A stretch of 64,000 bases of DNA, from the NCBI GenBank assembly GCA_934098375.1, contig CAKOOC010000002.1, positions 26,383 through 90,382 on the forward strand, written 5' to 3'. Origin of the DNA: an uncultured Bacilli bacterium. GTDB taxonomy: Bacteria > Bacillota_I > Bacilli_A > RF39 > UBA660. The notes under the pieces were generated by a model that did not search any database, was not told where the DNA came from, and saw only the letters and a list, made by a program, of their open reading frames with translations. Below, piece after piece: positions 63,686 through 64,000 of this stretch. Within the stretch, counting starts at the first letter, position 1; each line of letters opens with the position of its first letter. A program made the translations under genes and the position numbers.

Positions 63686-64000
63686 ATGGGAAATAGATAC
63701 GTAATGATAGAAATGTTTACAATATATGGAAATCCAATAGTAGACTGGATGGGATATCCAATTACTAGTGATAATCCTTTAACATACCACCATATTATAA
63801 AAAATGAAGATAATGGTGAACTTTCAATTAAAAATGGTGCTTTATTAACTAGAAAAGCTCATATGAAACTTCATAGACTAGAAAAGCTGGCTCCTAACCT
63901 TTATGAAGAATACTGCTTTATGTTTAGAATAATTAATGATATGAATTGTCCACCTACTAAAGAAATAATGGATATTATGTTTGTCTTAAAATTAAGATTA
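63686..64000 (+). CDS. HNH endonuclease-like protein, 3' partial (runs off window)
   Basis: A GGGAGG RBS precedes it. The frame is open to the window end. An HNH-like motif reads LTYHHIIKNEDNGELSIKNGALLTRKAHMKLH. Confidence 0.45.
   Translation, partial: MGNRYVMIEMFTIYGNPIVDWMGYPITSDNPLTYHHIIKNEDNGELSIKNGALLTRKAHMKLHRLEKLAPNLYEEYCFMFRIINDMNCPPTKEIMDIMFVLKLRL

Overview
This is an AT-rich window (about 27-28% GC by eye, apart from one Gly/Pro-rich repeat gene) of a low-GC Gram-positive, Firmicutes-type chromosome. Coding is dense and mostly on the + strand. Housekeeping genes make up much of it: rlmH, a NUDIX hydrolase, ung, lysS, pheST, pcrA, ligA, dusB, uvrA, lgt, a trxB-like gene, and a mrnC-rlmB-sigH-secE-nusG block. 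Two T-box leaders precede lysS and pheS. The accessory content is more interesting and is listed below.

- **24.3-27.2 kb:** a Zn/Cd-type P1B ATPase flanked by gene remnants (an FtsX permease C-terminal fragment and a DinD-like fragment with an in-frame stop).
- **27.3-31.5 kb:** an Fe3+/thiamine/AEP-type ABC importer followed by a winged-HTH-LicC-family cytidylyltransferase, then a 3'-truncated ISL3 transposase.
- **32.7-46.6 kb:** a cell-surface glycan locus. It encodes a Wzx flippase, a sulfotransferase-like protein, LicD, GT4 and GT2 transferases, a Wzy-like polymerase, a GT4 with a 5' frameshift, an acyltransferase-3, TagA, MnaA, TagO, a HAD-GtrA fusion and a CDP-alcohol phosphotransferase.
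- **46.6-48.4 kb:** a recombination-scarred patch with one intact and two degenerate YhcG/DUF1016 (PD-(D/E)XK) paralogs, interleaved with duplicated copies of the promoter and 5' end of the downstream ABC-FtsX gene.
- **59.1-61.0 kb:** a collagen-like Gly-X-Y repeat protein with tandem 45-nt repeats, immediately followed by a GT2-TPR glycosyltransferase.
- **Smaller oddities:** LysRS carries a C-terminal EMAP/Trbp111-like tRNA-binding domain; an ABC-like ATPase sits between pcrA and ligA; a membrane sensor has a degenerate GGDEF (DGNEF); a stand-alone PduL-like phosphotransacylase is present; and an HNH endonuclease ORF begins after nusG at the window edge.

No rRNA, tRNA or CRISPR array was seen.
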